The position numbers and the translations under genes were made by a program. 64,000 nucleotides of DNA. Origin: an uncultured delta proteobacterium (lineage in GTDB: Bacteria > Myxococcota_A > Polyangia > Polyangiales > Houyiibacteriaceae). Of this stretch, positions 45,146 to 57,214 are shown piece by piece. Every line of letters begins with the position of its first letter. The first letter of the stretch is position 1. The stretch is taken from contig CAVOVB010000002.1 in the NCBI GenBank assembly GCA_963699755.1, positions 480,001-544,000 of the forward strand, written 5' to 3'. The notes under the pieces were generated by a model that saw only the letters and a list, made by a program, of their open reading frames with translations, made no database searches and had not been told where the DNA came from.

Positions 45146-46375
45146 TCACGTGGCCGCGGACTTGGCCGGCTCTCTAACCAGCGAGAACGAATCGGAGAAC
45201 GTGCGTAGCAGGTCGAGCGCCATGTCCATGTCCTCGTAACTGTGACCGCGGGTCACGTTCAAGCGGAGGCGCTCTTCGCCTTCCTTCACCGCGGGATACA
45301 TGATCGGAACCATCAGCACGCCGTTCTCCAGCAAAGCCACGTGTGTGAACATCGCCCTGGTTTCATCACGGATCATGATGGGCATGATGTGGCTGTTGCT
45401 CTCGCCGAGGTCAAAGCCGATCTCGGTCAGGCCCTTGCGCATGTAGTCGGCTTTCTCGTGAAGCTCCTGGACCAAGGCCTCTCCGTCGGTCTCGAGCATG
45501 TCGAGGATCGCGCTGGCGGCAGCAACGATCGGAACGGGAAGCGAAGCGCTGAATAGAAACGAGCGCGCGGTGTGCTTGACGAAATCGACAACGTCGGCCT
45601 CACCGAGCAGAATCCCGCCAATGCCGCCAAAGGTCTTCGAGAAAGTACTGATGACCACGGGGATTTGTCCTTCGAGCCCGTACTTTTCGATGATGCCGCG
45701 GCCACTCCTGCCGAGCGTGCCGGTGCCATGCGCGTCATCACAAACGATCGCGACATTCTCATGCTGAGCGCAGACTTCGATGAACTCCTGAATCTTGGCC
45801 TCATCGCCATCGAGCGAGTAGATACCTTCGATTAAGACCAGCGCGTTTTTGCGGTCTCGTTTTCGCAGAACGCGATCGAGAGCCTTGGCGCTGTTGTGAT
45901 TGAAGAATCGAACCTCGGGCGCGCGCAGAGGTGTCCCGGCCGCCATGAATGTGCCATCGAGGATGCAGGCGTGGCTCAGGTTATCCAGAACGACTGTGGT
46001 GTCCTTGTCGGAGAGCGACATGATCGTGCCGACCATCGCTTGATAGCCGGTCGTGAAGATCAGCGACTTCTCGAAGCCGAACCAGGCGGCCAGGCGCTCC
46101 TCGAGCTCGACGTGCAGCGTCGTGGTAGCCTGCACACGTGATGAGCTGAGCCCGCAGGCGAACTGATCGATCACGGCCTTGGCAGCCTCTTTGACCTTCG
46201 GATGGTTGGTTAGGCCGAGGTAGTCGTTGGAGCTGAAGTTGACGATCGGCTTCCCGTCGATCGTGGTGTGCAGCCCGCCCGACTCGAACGGGCGGAAATA
46301 TGGATAGATCTTCTTGGCTTGCGCGTCGCGCACGCGCGCCAACTCGCTGTGCGCTTTTTCGGAAATCCAGCTCAT
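45146..46375 (-). CDS. Alpha-oxoamine synthase family PLP enzyme (serine palmitoyltransferase-like; BioF not excluded)
   Basis: IYPYFR, SNDYLGLTNHPKVKEAA, SHACI, EGIYSLDGD, DDAHG, TFSK (PLP Lys), RSFLFSAS. Confidence 0.85.
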   Translation of the reverse strand: MSWISEKAHSELARVRDAQAKKIYPYFRPFESGGLHTTIDGKPIVNFSSNDYLGLTNHPKVKEAAKAVIDQFACGLSSSRVQATTTLHVELEERLAAWFGFEKSLIFTTGYQAMVGTIMSLSDKDTTVVLDNLSHACILDGTFMAAGTPLRAPEVRFFNHNSAKALDRVLRKRDRKNALVLIEGIYSLDGDEAKIQEFIEVCAQHENVAIVCDDAHGTGTLGRSGRGIIEKYGLEGQIPVVISTFSKTFGGIGGILLGEADVVDFVKHTARSFLFSASLPVPIVAAASAILDMLETDGEALVQELHEKADYMRKGLTEIGFDLGESNSHIMPIMIRDETRAMFTHVALLENGVLMVPIMYPAVKEGEERLRLNVTRGHSYEDMDMALDLLRTFSDSFSLVREPAKSAAT

Positions 46376-46455
46376 TTGACCTGCGGCCCCTAAGGTACCG
46401 TAATTTCCGGTGTATACCACATTCGAAACAGGCCAATCGGCCAGTTTTCACGACC

Positions 46456-46484
46456 TTGACGCTGTCCGTGAACGCACGCATAAA
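46456..46484 (+). promoter_or_regulatory. Putative promoter of a leaderless ACP transcript
   Basis: TTGACG - 17 nt - CATAAA - 8 nt - ATG; no SD. Confidence 0.5.
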
Positions 46485-46492
46485 CGGGCGGC

Positions 46493-46732
46493 ATGTCGGA
46501 CAAGCTGATAGAAGCGCTGAGGCAGATCATCACAGAGGTGACGGAAGTCGAGGAGATCCCCGAGGATACGCCCTTCGCGGACTTGGGAATCGACAGCATG
46601 ATGGCGATTGAAATCGTCGCAGATGTCGAGAAAGATTACGAGATCACCATCGAGGAAGACGAGCTCAGCGAGCTGACGAACCTAAGAGCAGTCTATGACA
46701 AGGTTAGAGAGAAGCTCGCCGCCGCCAGCTGA
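46493..46732 (+). CDS. Acyl carrier protein
   Basis: 79 aa, acidic, DLGIDSM phosphopantetheine site. Confidence 0.93.
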   Translation: MSDKLIEALRQIITEVTEVEEIPEDTPFADLGIDSMMAIEIVADVEKDYEITIEEDELSELTNLRAVYDKVREKLAAAS

Positions 46733-46744
46733 TCGCTACTAGTC

Positions 46745-47638
46745 TTACTTCGCGCGTCCGAAGATCTTGGAGCCGGGTGGCACCGACTGAGTCAGCCAAA
46801 CGTTGCCCCCGATGACAGAACCCTTGCCGATGACGGTGTCGCCGCCGTGGATGGATGCGCCAGCGTAGATCGTCACGTCGTCCTCGATCGTTGGGTGCCG
46901 CTTCGTCGCATGGCATCCGCGTGCCTCATCCCAAGAGACGCTGAGCGCGCCCAGGGTCACGCCCTGGTAGAGCTTCACGTTGCGGCCGATGACCGCGGTC
47001 GCGCCGATGACTACCCCAGTGCCGTGGTCGATGAAAAAGCTTTCACCGATCTGCGCGCAGGGGTTGATGTCGATTCCAGATTTGCTGTGTGCATGCTCGG
47101 TGATGATTCGAGGGATCATGGGAACGTTGGACATGCACAGCTCATGTGCGACGCGATACGCGGTGATGGCCTGGACGCTTGGGTAGCTGAAGATCACTTC
47201 TTCGATGCTGGAGGCAGCTGGATCGCCGTCGTACGCCGCAAGGACGTCGGTGTTCAGAATACGCCGTAGCTCGGGAATCTTTTGGAAGAGGCGCAAGACG
47301 ACGTCTTCGCTCCAGCCCTCGGCCTTCTTCTCGGAGACCTGACCCATGCGCTCTTGGTAGCGAATCGCACGATCGATCTGCTCGACCAGGATGTCTTGGG
47401 CTGGATACAGGTGCTCACTGATCGCGTAACGAAGATTGGTTCGGTTCAGGGCGCGCGTGGTGTAGAAACCCATGTAGAGCACGGGGGTGATGTGATCGAA
47501 GGCCATGATGACCGCACGCTTATTCGGAAGAGCGGCACTATCGAGGTTATTGATCTCTTCGTCGCCGTCGTAGGATGAGGCAATCAGGTCGATCACGTCC
47601 TCGAGATCCTGGTGGCGCTTGGGTTCTCTTCCGCTCAT
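46745..47638 (-). CDS. cysE: Serine O-acetyltransferase (EpsC-type)
   Basis: AAYDGDPAA, SYP, YRVAHEL, GIDINP, FFIDHGTGVVIG, YQGVTLGA, KRHPTI. Confidence 0.92.
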   Translation of the reverse strand: MSGREPKRHQDLEDVIDLIASSYDGDEEINNLDSAALPNKRAVIMAFDHITPVLYMGFYTTRALNRTNLRYAISEHLYPAQDILVEQIDRAIRYQERMGQVSEKKAEGWSEDVVLRLFQKIPELRRILNTDVLAAYDGDPAASSIEEVIFSYPSVQAITAYRVAHELCMSNVPMIPRIITEHAHSKSGIDINPCAQIGESFFIDHGTGVVIGATAVIGRNVKLYQGVTLGALSVSWDEARGCHATKRHPTIEDDVTIYAGASIHGGDTVIGKGSVIGGNVWLTQSVPPGSKIFGRAK

Positions 47639-47687
47639 GGCTGCTCTATGTGTAGCACGCGCGGCAGGTCAACCGCGAAATCCAAGG

Positions 47688-48668
47688 TCAGGCGTCTAGC
47701 CAGCCACGCTCCCGATACCAGGCGACGGCATCCCCGAGCGACTCGCGCAGCGAACGAACCGAATAGCCCAGCTCACGCTGTGCCTTGGCGTGCGATACCA
47801 CTTCGTTGGAGACGCTGGCCCGTAGCATGTCGGCCGTGATGAAGGGGTCTCTCTTGCTCACCGCACTACCAAGGAGAGCAAACGGCAGAAGGAGCCAACC
47901 TACCCACAAGGGCAGCGCGCGCGTCGGGACCTTGGCGCCGGTGAGCTCCCCGTAAAGAGACACCATCTGCATGATGGGGATGACATCGCCGGTCAGAAAG
48001 TAGCGCTCGCCACGCCTTCCTTTTTCGGATGCCGCGATCATGCCCTCGGCGACATCGCGGACGTCGACATAGTCGCTCAAGAGCTCGAGCAAGACGGGTA
48101 CACGACCGAAGTACATGTCGATGAGTGCAGCTCCAATCATGGATGGCCCGTAGTCGTACGGCCCAATCATCGAACCAGGGTTGACGATGACGGCGTCGAG
48201 GCCCCGATCACAAGCGTCGAGCACGATCGTTTCGCCGATGGCCTTGGAGCGGTGGTATTCGCACTTCTCGTCGAGAGCCAGGGGCTTCTCTTCGGTCAGC
48301 GGCTGGTCGAGCGGCTCCCGCACGACCGCGTGATGCGAGCTCGTGTGTACCAACCTGAGCTTCCGCGAAAGACAGGCATCGACGACATTTCGGGTCCCGT
48401 CGACGTTGATACTGTACATCATTGGGTCTTTCCTGGGGCTGAGGTCAATCTTCGCAGCGAGGTGATAGACGACGTCCACTCCATCGACGGCCTTGGCCAC
48501 ATCCGCTGCATCGAGGACCGAGCCCGAGACGAAGTCGATGTCGAGGCCATGCAGCGACTCGGGCAAGCTCCCCGGCTCCAGAACCCGCACCTTCTGGCCG
48601 AGCTCGAGAAGTCGCCGAACCAGAACGTTGCCTAGACGGCCGCCACCACCGGTTACCAGCGCAATCAC
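47688..48668 (-). CDS. NAD-dependent epimerase/dehydratase family extended SDR
   Basis: [32 protein letters not shown] overlap with pgm. Confidence 0.88.
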   Translation of the reverse strand: MIALVTGGGGRLGNVLVRRLLELGQKVRVLEPGSLPESLHGLDIDFVSGSVLDAADVAKAVDGVDVVYHLAAKIDLSPRKDPMMYSINVDGTRNVVDACLSRKLRLVHTSSHHAVVREPLDQPLTEEKPLALDEKCEYHRSKAIGETIVLDACDRGLDAVIVNPGSMIGPYDYGPSMIGAALIDMYFGRVPVLLELLSDYVDVRDVAEGMIAASEKGRRGERYFLTGDVIPIMQMVSLYGELTGAKVPTRALPLWVGWLLLPFALLGSAVSKRDPFITADMLRASVSNEVVSHAKAQRELGYSVRSLRESLGDAVAWYRERGWLDA

Positions 48669-50311
48669 TTGGCGTTCTTTTCGAATACGCGACCGATGAG
48701 CTCCTGGGCTTCCTTTTGAATCGCCGAAAGGTGCTCTCGGCCGACGAAGCTCTCCGCATAGATCTTGTAGACGTCCTCGGTGCCCGACGGCCGGGCAGCA
48801 AACCAGCCGTTCTCGGTAGTGACCTTCAGCCCGCCAATAGGGGCGTCGTTTTCCGGCGCCCTGGTCAGCACCTGCACAATCGGCTCGCCAGCGAGCACCT
48901 CTGCGTCGAGATCTGACTCGCTCATCGCTTTGAGGGCGGCCTTCTGCTCGGAGGTCGCCGGTGCATCAATGCGCTCATACACGGGCGCGCCGAACTGCCT
49001 CGTGAGGCTCTGGTAACACTCGCCGGGGTCTTGGCCGGTCGTGGCGGTAATCTCCGCGGCGAGGAGGTTCAGGAGAATGCCGTCCTTGTCGGTGGTCCAA
49101 ACGCTCCCGTCTTTGCGTAGAAACGAGGCGCCTGCGCTTTCTTCTCCGCCGAAGCCGTACGAGCCGTCGAGCAAGCCTTGAACGAACCACTTGAAGCCGA
49201 CGGGTACCTCGGCCAGCCGGCGGCGCAGGTCCTTGGCCACGCGGTCGATCATGGCGCTGCTCACGAGGGTCTTGCCAATCGCCGCGCGCGCGTCCCAGTC
49301 GCGCTCGGTGAAGAGATAGCTAATCGCCACGCTGAGGTAGTGATTCGGATTGAGGAGCCCCCAGCTGCCCGTGACGATGCCGTGGCGATCGAAGTCCGTG
49401 TCGTTCCCAAAGGCGATGTCATACTGATTTCGAAGATTGACCAGGCCGGCCATCGCGTAGGGCGAGGAGCAATCCATACGGATTTTCCCGTCACGATCGA
49501 GTCTCATGAACGAAAAGGTGGGGTCGATGACGTCGTTGACGATGTCGAGCCGCAGGTCGTAGTGCTCGGCGATGCGAGGCCAAAACGCGATGCCGGCGCC
49601 ACCCATGGGGTCGACGCCGATCCGAAGGCCTGCGCTCGAGATCGCCCGCATGTCGATGACTGTGTCGAGGGCTTCGACATAGGGTGTGATGAAATCGTGA
49701 AGATGCGTCGTCTCGGCTTGAAGCGCGGCCTGGTATGACACTCGGCGCACATCCTTCAGGCCGGCAGCCAGGAGCCGATTCGCTCGGCGTTCAATCCACG
49801 AGGTCACTTCGGTATCCGCAGGGCCACCGTTCGGTGGGTTGTACTTGAAGCCACCGTCTTCCGGCGGATTGTGCGATGGTGTCACGACGATGCCGTCGCC
49901 GTCGCGCGAGCTGTTTCGGTTATGCTCGAGAATGGCAAACGAGATAGCGGGGGTTGGCGTGAAGTGCCCCTCCGGTGCCGTACAGGTCTCGACTCCATTC
50001 GCCGCCAAGACCTGGAGTGCGGTTTTGGTGGCCGGCGCGGAGAGCGCGTGCGTATCGGCGCCGATGTAGAGCGGCCCGTCGATCCCCTCAGCCGATCGGT
50101 AGTCACAGATCGCCTGCGTCGTGGCGAGGATATGATCCTCGTTGAAGCTCAGGCGGAACGACGACCCTCGGTGCCCGGAGGTGCCGAAGCTGACGAGCTG
50201 GCCTGGATCATCAGGATCAGGCTTAGCGTCGTAATAGGCGGCAATGAGCTTCTCGACGTCGACGAGAACATCGGACGGCGCTGGCTGACCAGCGAGCGGA
50301 TGCGGGTTCAT
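48665..50311 (-). CDS. pgm: Phosphoglucomutase
   Basis: [44 protein letters not shown]. Confidence 0.96.
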   Translation of the reverse strand: MNPHPLAGQPAPSDVLVDVEKLIAAYYDAKPDPDDPGQLVSFGTSGHRGSSFRLSFNEDHILATTQAICDYRSAEGIDGPLYIGADTHALSAPATKTALQVLAANGVETCTAPEGHFTPTPAISFAILEHNRNSSRDGDGIVVTPSHNPPEDGGFKYNPPNGGPADTEVTSWIERRANRLLAAGLKDVRRVSYQAALQAETTHLHDFITPYVEALDTVIDMRAISSAGLRIGVDPMGGAGIAFWPRIAEHYDLRLDIVNDVIDPTFSFMRLDRDGKIRMDCSSPYAMAGLVNLRNQYDIAFGNDTDFDRHGIVTGSWGLLNPNHYLSVAISYLFTERDWDARAAIGKTLVSSAMIDRVAKDLRRRLAEVPVGFKWFVQGLLDGSYGFGGEESAGASFLRKDGSVWTTDKDGILLNLLAAEITATTGQDPGECYQSLTRQFGAPVYERIDAPATSEQKAALKAMSESDLDAEVLAGEPIVQVLTRAPENDAPIGGLKVTTENGWFAARPSGTEDVYKIYAESFVGREHLSAIQKEAQELIGRVFEKNAK

Positions 50312-50343
50312 CGTTGGGCTTTTAGCAGCCAGGTGAGCTGGGG

Positions 50344-50820
50344 CTAGGCCCCGGCGTCCATCTGCTCGGCCAAATAGCGCTCTTTTCCGATCATCTCGAC
50401 GAGGTTGAGCTGCGCTTCCAGCCAGTCGATGCCCTCTTCCTCTTGCTGGAGGATCATTTCAAGGAGCTCACGGGTCCCGTTGTCACCCTTCTCGCGACAA
50501 ACGGCGATGCCAGCGTTCAGGCGCTCGACGGCATCGTATTCGACTTGGAGGTCGAGGCGGTGCTGCTCGATCGCGTCTTCGCCAACCTTGACTGGGAAGT
50601 AGCGCTGCATGTTGGGGACACCGTCGAGGAACAGGATGCGCGCGATCACGATGTCGGCGTGCTTCATCTCGTCGATCGACTCCTCCTTCTTCTTCTGGGC
50701 GAGCTTTTGGAGACCCCAGTCCTCGCACATCTTCGAGTGAATGAAGTACTGATTGATGGCGGTCAGCTCGGAGGTGAGGACCTCGTTGAGCACCTCGATG
50801 ACTTCTTTGTTGCCCTTCAT
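50344..50820 (-). CDS. bfr: Bacterioferritin
   Basis: [38 protein letters not shown]. Confidence 0.95.
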   Translation of the reverse strand: MKGNKEVIEVLNEVLTSELTAINQYFIHSKMCEDWGLQKLAQKKKEESIDEMKHADIVIARILFLDGVPNMQRYFPVKVGEDAIEQHRLDLQVEYDAVERLNAGIAVCREKGDNGTRELLEMILQQEEEGIDWLEAQLNLVEMIGKERYLAEQMDAGA

Positions 50821-50907
50821 TGAACTTCCTTCACGCGAGCATAAAGACCAGGATCGCCCGTGGCAATGCAGAGAGTCTGAACTTGAAAGGCGTTATCAGC
50901 GGCGCCG

Positions 50908-51108
50908 CTAGCCCCGCGCGCCGCTCGAGTCGATTCCACTCCGCGTGCGGTGGTGAAGCTCGATCAAGCGGTCGATCACCGGCCGGCAACCGCCGCAACC
51001 GCTGCCCGCGCCGCAGGCCTTGCGGACTTCGTGCTCACTCCGTGCACCATCACTGACGCACTGGCGAATCATCCGGTCGTTGACTGCGTGACAGTGGCAC
51101 ACCAGCAT
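50908..51108 (-). CDS. bfd: Bacterioferritin-associated [2Fe-2S] ferredoxin
   Basis: VCHCHAV...GAGSGCGGC directly upstream of bfr. Confidence 0.9.
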   Translation of the reverse strand: MLVCHCHAVNDRMIRQCVSDGARSEHEVRKACGAGSGCGGCRPVIDRLIELHHRTRSGIDSSGARG

Positions 51109-51131
51109 CCCTTCTTTATACCTGCTGGAAG

Positions 51132-51148
51132 TTGCAAATCAAATTCAA
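51132..51148. promoter_or_regulatory. Putative Fur-like box upstream of bfd-bfr
   Basis: AT-rich imperfect palindrome TTGCAAATCAAATTCAA overlapping a TTGATT...TATAAA promoter on the minus strand. Confidence 0.6.
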
Positions 51149-51190
51149 TAGTCACTAGCCCTGAAACATCAATGATTTCGAGGCAATGCC

Positions 51191-52165
51191 CTACTCCGCA
51201 AGGTCGGAGGCCGGCTCTAGCGGGGAGAGGCCGGCATCGCGCAAGAGGTCGAGGTCAGCGTCGTGGTCTGGGTTGCCGGTCGTCAAGAGCTTATCGCCGA
51301 AAAAAACACTGTTTGCGCCCGCCACGAAGCAGAGGAGCTGCGCCTCTCGGCTGAGCGAGGCGCGACCTGCGGAAAGCCGGACGCGGGCGCCGGGAACCAT
51401 GATGCGCGCCGTGGCGCAGATCCGAACGAGCTCGAGTGGGTCGACGGGCTTCCGATGGCTCAACGGCGTGCCGGGCACGGCCACCAGAGCATTCACCGGC
51501 ACGCTTTCGGGCTGCGGGGAGAGGTTGGCGAGCGTCACCAGCATGCCGATGCGATCGTCGATGCTCTCGCCCATGCCGATGATACCCCCAGCACAGACGG
51601 AAATCCCAGCCGCGGCGACGCGCGCGATGGTGTCGAGGCGGTCTTTGTAGGTGCGGGTCGTGATGATTTCGCCGTAGTACTCCTCGGAGGTGTCGAGGTT
51701 GTGATTGTAGGCGGTGAGGCCGGCGTCCTTGAGCTCCTGGGTTTGTTCGTCGTCGAGCATCCCCAAGGTGACGCAGGCTTCCATTCCGAGCTCACGAACC
51801 CCGCGAACCATCTCCAGGACCTGCTGAAACTGCCGACTCCCTTTCTTCGGGCTCCGCCATGCCGCGCCCATGCAAAAACGGCTGGCGCCAGCGTCTTTGG
51901 CCTCGCGCGCCTTGCGCAGGACGTCGCTGACGTCCATCAACCGCTCGGCCTCGACGCCCGTGTCGTACTTCGAGCTTTGCGGGCAATACGAGCAGTCTTC
52001 TTGGCACGCTCCGGTCTTGATCGACAGGAGCGAGCAGAGCTGAACCGAGTCATGTGGCTGCGTCACGCGATGAATCCCCTGGGCGCGAAACAGCAAATCG
52101 GTCAGGGGCAGATCGTGAAGCGCCCGGGCCTCTTCTCTTGTCCAGTCGTTGCGGACGGCGGTCAT
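51191..52165 (-). CDS. bioB: Biotin synthase
   Basis: [17 protein letters not shown] radical SAM motif, [36 protein letters not shown]. Confidence 0.96.
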   Translation of the reverse strand: MTAVRNDWTREEARALHDLPLTDLLFRAQGIHRVTQPHDSVQLCSLLSIKTGACQEDCSYCPQSSKYDTGVEAERLMDVSDVLRKAREAKDAGASRFCMGAAWRSPKKGSRQFQQVLEMVRGVRELGMEACVTLGMLDDEQTQELKDAGLTAYNHNLDTSEEYYGEIITTRTYKDRLDTIARVAAAGISVCAGGIIGMGESIDDRIGMLVTLANLSPQPESVPVNALVAVPGTPLSHRKPVDPLELVRICATARIMVPGARVRLSAGRASLSREAQLLCFVAGANSVFFGDKLLTTGNPDHDADLDLLRDAGLSPLEPASDLAE

Positions 52166-52226
52166 CTGGCATGGTTTAGCAGAGAGCCTTGAATACGCTA
52201 GATTGCCCGCGTAGGGTCCCTGAACC

Positions 52227-53258
52227 TTGACCGAGGGCATCGACTCACCCCTAGCTTCCGTGGCCGCCGTTGCGCCTGTCGAAAACCAAGCATCTCCCGC
52301 ATTCGCGGCGGCGCCCCCGCTCGCATGGACAGCGGGCGCCGCAGCTCTAGTCGATCTGATCATCAATCGGATCCTGATTCTCTTGGGCAACGACGCCTGG
52401 TCGCCGGATACGCTCGGCCGGCTCGACACTTGGGGCAGCTTCGCCCGAAACCTGAGCGCCGTAAGCGCCTTGGTCGCATTAGCCTTTTGCCTCGCAACCC
52501 TTTCATCTCCCAAAGGCGGGCTCCCCTTTTCCGCGCGCGTCGGAATCGGGAGCTTCGGTTGGCTCCTCGTTCCAATCGTCACGCTGATGACGTTCTTGCC
52601 ACGCGCGTGGACGAGGCCGGAGCTCGTGCTCGTGGTCGCGGGCCTCGCTCATGCGACGATCCTGCTTCTGATCCTCGCCGGCATGCATCGGCGCACTAGC
52701 CGTCCCATTGCGGTCGCACTGGTGTTGACGCTCATCGCGTCATTCAGCGGCCTCCTCTCGATGGTAGTCACTTTGGTCGGTGGACGCGCGTACTGGGCGC
52801 ATACCGAGCGGCTCTCCAATGCGCTTCGGTGGTCGGGTGAGATGGCGTTTCTTGCAGTTCCGATCGCCGTTGGGTTCGCGATTTCGATTCCGCTGCGCGA
52901 GGCGCGCGGCAAAGCAACGGTCCTGGTATCCGGGCTGGCCGCGGGCATCGTCGCAGCCGGGATGGCCGCCTGGAAGCACATGGTCGGGCGAGATCTCCCG
53001 GACTTGCTCTACGGCGCGCTACGCCTCGACTTCCTGCCTGACGACGACTTCATTCTCTATGCGATCCCACTCGGCGTCGCAGCCGCCGTGATTGTCGCAG
53101 CCATGATGTCGAAGAGCTCGATCAGTCGGCAACTGGGCGCAGCGCTTCTTCTGCTGCTGAGCGCGGGCTACGCGCCAAGGACCCCCAGCACCCTGCTGAT
53201 CACAGTCCTCGGCGCCGCACTGCTCGCCCGGTCCGCGCTCGCTCCGCGTCGCGCGTGA
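52227..53258 (+). CDS. Multi-pass membrane protein, unknown function
   Basis: About 9-10 hydrophobic segments; fills the gap between bioB and the aminotransferase. Start uncertain. Confidence 0.75.
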   Translation: MTEGIDSPLASVAAVAPVENQASPAFAAAPPLAWTAGAAALVDLIINRILILLGNDAWSPDTLGRLDTWGSFARNLSAVSALVALAFCLATLSSPKGGLPFSARVGIGSFGWLLVPIVTLMTFLPRAWTRPELVLVVAGLAHATILLLILAGMHRRTSRPIAVALVLTLIASFSGLLSMVVTLVGGRAYWAHTERLSNALRWSGEMAFLAVPIAVGFAISIPLREARGKATVLVSGLAAGIVAAGMAAWKHMVGRDLPDLLYGALRLDFLPDDDFILYAIPLGVAAAVIVAAMMSKSSISRQLGAALLLLLSAGYAPRTPSTLLITVLGAALLARSALAPRRA

Positions 53259-53301
53259 ACGTCTCGCTGCATCGCACACCACTGCGGCCAGCAGCGAAAC
53301 C

Positions 53302-54510
53302 CTAAGTCAGCTTGGCCACCGCTTCGCCAATCCGACTGAGCCCCTCGCGAATCATCTCGCTGGATGCCGCATAGGATACACGCACGAACCCCGCCGCACC
53401 AAACGCGGTTCCAGGCACCACCGCGCAGCGCGCTTCTTCGAGTAGATAGCCGGCCACGTCGAGGTCGGTTCCGAGGGTCTTTCCGCCCCCATGCTTGCCG
53501 ATCAGACCTTGCACGTTGGCGAAGGCGTAGAAGGCTCCTTCGGGCATTCCGCAGCTGATCCCTTCGATAGCGTTGAGGCCGTCGATGATGATGCTTCGGC
53601 GCGCTTCAAAGGCTTGGCGCATCTCTTCCATCGGCTGCCAGGGTCCCCGAAGCGCCGCAGCGGCAGCGCTCTGAGCGATCGAGCTGGGGTTGGTCGTCGA
53701 CTGGCTCTGAATCGTGTCGCAGGCCTTGGCCACGTACGCCGGCGAGAGCATCCAGCCGATGCGCCAGCCGGTCATGGCGAAGGTCTTGCTGACCCCGTCG
53801 ACAATGATGATGCGATCCTTGAGCTCGGGCGCGACCTCGACGATCGATTTCTGATCAAAGCCACCGTACACCAGCTGCCCATAGATCTCGTCGACGATGA
53901 TCCAGAACTCGTGTTCTGCCGCAACGTCGGCGAGGGCGCGAAGCTGCTCACCCGAATACGCTGCACCGGTCGGGTTCGAAGGCGAGCAGAGAATGAGGGC
54001 CTTGGTCATTGGCGTGATCGCCGCGCGCAAGGCCTCAGGCGTCATGCGGAAGCCTTGCTCTTCGGTCGTCTCCACGATGATGGGCACAGCGCCGGCAAGC
54101 AGAACCTGCTCGGGGTAGCTCACCCAGTAGGGTGCCGGGATGATGACCTCGTCGCCTTCGTCATAGAGTGCCAGCGCCAAATTGAAAAGCGTGTGCTTGG
54201 CGCCCACAGACACCACGACCTCAGACGGATCGTAGGTTACACCGGGCCGACGTTTCGCAGATGCCTCGCAGATCGCTTCGCGAAGCTCGATGGTGCCGCG
54301 CGCCGCCGTGTATCGGGTCGCTCCCGCGTCGATCGCCCGCTTCGCCGCCTCTCGAATGTATACCGGTGTATCGAAGTCCGGCTCACCCACGCTGAAGGAG
54401 AGCACATCGATGCCCTGTGCTTTGAGCTCGCGCGCGCGCTGGGCGACAGCGACGGTTGCGGAGGGTTTCACGACACTGAGCCGCTGCGCGACTGGGATAG
54501 CTTCACTCAT
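53302..54510 (-). CDS. aspC: Class I PLP aminotransferase (aspartate aminotransferase-like)
   Basis: GEPDFDTP, PYWVSY, SPSNPTG, DEIY, GVSKTFAMTGWRIG, PEGAFY, RVSYA. Confidence 0.9.
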   Translation of the reverse strand: MSEAIPVAQRLSVVKPSATVAVAQRARELKAQGIDVLSFSVGEPDFDTPVYIREAAKRAIDAGATRYTAARGTIELREAICEASAKRRPGVTYDPSEVVVSVGAKHTLFNLALALYDEGDEVIIPAPYWVSYPEQVLLAGAVPIIVETTEEQGFRMTPEALRAAITPMTKALILCSPSNPTGAAYSGEQLRALADVAAEHEFWIIVDEIYGQLVYGGFDQKSIVEVAPELKDRIIIVDGVSKTFAMTGWRIGWMLSPAYVAKACDTIQSQSTTNPSSIAQSAAAAALRGPWQPMEEMRQAFEARRSIIIDGLNAIEGISCGMPEGAFYAFANVQGLIGKHGGGKTLGTDLDVAGYLLEEARCAVVPGTAFGAAGFVRVSYAASSEMIREGLSRIGEAVAKLT

Positions 54511-54541
54511 ATCGCGGGCTTAACACCGAAGCGGAGGGCTA

Positions 54542-55162
54542 TCAATGCTTGGGGGGCACGACCGTGGCCAGAGCGCGCAGATCCTTCTCGAGGTCGCTGA
54601 TGCCATCGTTGTTGGCCCGGTAATACCCTCGGACCTGCGCCCTGTCGTCGACCAGGACGAAGGAGTTCGAGTGCATGATCTCTTCGGCGCCAGCGGCCTC
54701 GCTGTCCCCATCCCCGAGCCCAACCCTAAAACCGTCGACCACCACGTGCCGAATTGACTCCTCGTCGCCGGTCACGAAGCGCCAGTTGCTTTCGTCTAGC
54801 TCGTTCTCCGTCATGTAGGCCTTGATGACCGTAGGGGTGTCGTTGCGCGGATCGACGCTGACGGAAACAAACTGGGCGCTCGGCACGTCCGAAAGCCGGG
54901 TCTGGAGCCCTTTCATGTGGGCGGTGATCCTCGGGCAGGTAGAACGGCAGTGGGTGAAAACGAAGGCGGACACCCAGAGGTTTCCTTCCATCGACCCGCG
55001 ATCGAACAGCTCCTCGTTCTGGTCGACGAGAGAGAACTCGGGGAGCTGACCGAGGACCGGGACGTCTTCCGCGCTCCGCTTGGCGCAGCCCGAGTGGACG
55101 AGACTGAGCACGCCGAGCATGCCGAGCGACGCGAGCAGCAGACCTGGGACCTTAGACGGCAT
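54542..55162 (-). CDS. SCO1/SenC family copper chaperone
   Basis: FVFTHCRSTCP (CxxxC), SVDPRND, conserved His in IMHSNSFVLVD. Confidence 0.92.
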   Translation of the reverse strand: MPSKVPGLLLASLGMLGVLSLVHSGCAKRSAEDVPVLGQLPEFSLVDQNEELFDRGSMEGNLWVSAFVFTHCRSTCPRITAHMKGLQTRLSDVPSAQFVSVSVDPRNDTPTVIKAYMTENELDESNWRFVTGDEESIRHVVVDGFRVGLGDGDSEAAGAEEIMHSNSFVLVDDRAQVRGYYRANNDGISDLEKDLRALATVVPPKH

Positions 55163-56039
55163 CGATGATCAGGGCAGCGAAAAGGCCCGTCAGGTAGATG
55201 AGCGAAGCGAAGAAGAACTTCTTGGCCCAGAGATTCGTGTCTTCGGTCTTGAAACCGCGAAGCGCGGTCCAGAAGAAGTGAGCGCCGAGGACCATTGCCG
55301 CCGCAAGGTAGATCGTGCCCGCCAGCCCGAAGGGAACGAGCAAGAGCGAGACGGCCCAGAGCGCGCCTGCGTTGACGGCGGATTGGACTTTCGAGGCCTG
55401 CATGCCGCGAACGGACGGCAAGACTTTGAGGCCCGCCCGCTCGTACTCCCGCTGCCGGAAGATCGAAATCGCGATGAAGTGCGGAATCTGCCAGAAGAAC
55501 AGGATGCCGAACAAGACCAGGCCAGGCAGGTCGATGCTGCCGGTCACCGCCGTCCATCCCATGAGTGGAGGGAGCGCACCAGGAACGGCGCCGATGTAGA
55601 GCGCGGCAGGGGTAACCTGCTTCATCGGCGTGTAGATCGCGACGTAGCTGGTGAGGGCCACGAAGCCCAGAAGGCCAGTCAGCGGATTGACCGCAAGCGT
55701 GAGCGTTGGCACCGCAAAGAGCCCCATCAGGACCCCGAGGATCAGCGCCCAGGACGGCTCGAGGCGGCGATCGGGCAGCGGACGGTTCGCAGTGCGCGCC
55801 ATCAGGCGATCGGTGTCACGCTCTAGGTAACAGTTGAGCGTATTGGCGGCGCCGACGACCATCCCAGTCGTGAGAAGCATGATCGCCATCGGGCCGATGC
55901 TGAGCGAACCCCGGGCGAGCCACATGCCACCGGCGGCTGTCACGAGGACCATTAGCGTGATCCGAGGCTTGGTGAGCGCGATGAGGTCGCGCACGGTCAG
56001 CATCATCGTGGCTGGTCGAATCGCTGCGGTCATGGTCAT
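55152..56039 (-). CDS. ctaB: Protoheme IX farnesyltransferase (heme o synthase)
   Basis: LTKPRI, N..LERDTDRLMARTANRPLP, YTPMK, GAVPGALPPLMGW, WQIPHF. Confidence 0.95.
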   Translation of the reverse strand: MTMTAAIRPATMMLTVRDLIALTKPRITLMVLVTAAGGMWLARGSLSIGPMAIMLLTTGMVVGAANTLNCYLERDTDRLMARTANRPLPDRRLEPSWALILGVLMGLFAVPTLTLAVNPLTGLLGFVALTSYVAIYTPMKQVTPAALYIGAVPGALPPLMGWTAVTGSIDLPGLVLFGILFFWQIPHFIAISIFRQREYERAGLKVLPSVRGMQASKVQSAVNAGALWAVSLLLVPFGLAGTIYLAAAMVLGAHFFWTALRGFKTEDTNLWAKKFFFASLIYLTGLFAALIIDAV

Positions 56040-56152
56040 CCCTGGATGGAAGCGGGCGCGGACTCTGACCCTCCGCTCCAAAACGGTCAAGGTCCCTAAG
56101 GGCCCGGCGTAGGGGCAGGGAGGCCAAGCGTCAAGAAGCAGCCAAAAGCAGC

Positions 56153-57210
<1,058 letters not shown>

Positions 57211-57214
<4 letters not shown>

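Noticed and set aside
51191..52582. Long N-terminal extensions in the ORF track (bioB here; likewise ctaB, PEGA, mlaE, acyltransferase)
   Set aside because: They overlap neighbouring genes and precede the family-typical N-termini; downstream starts fit better.
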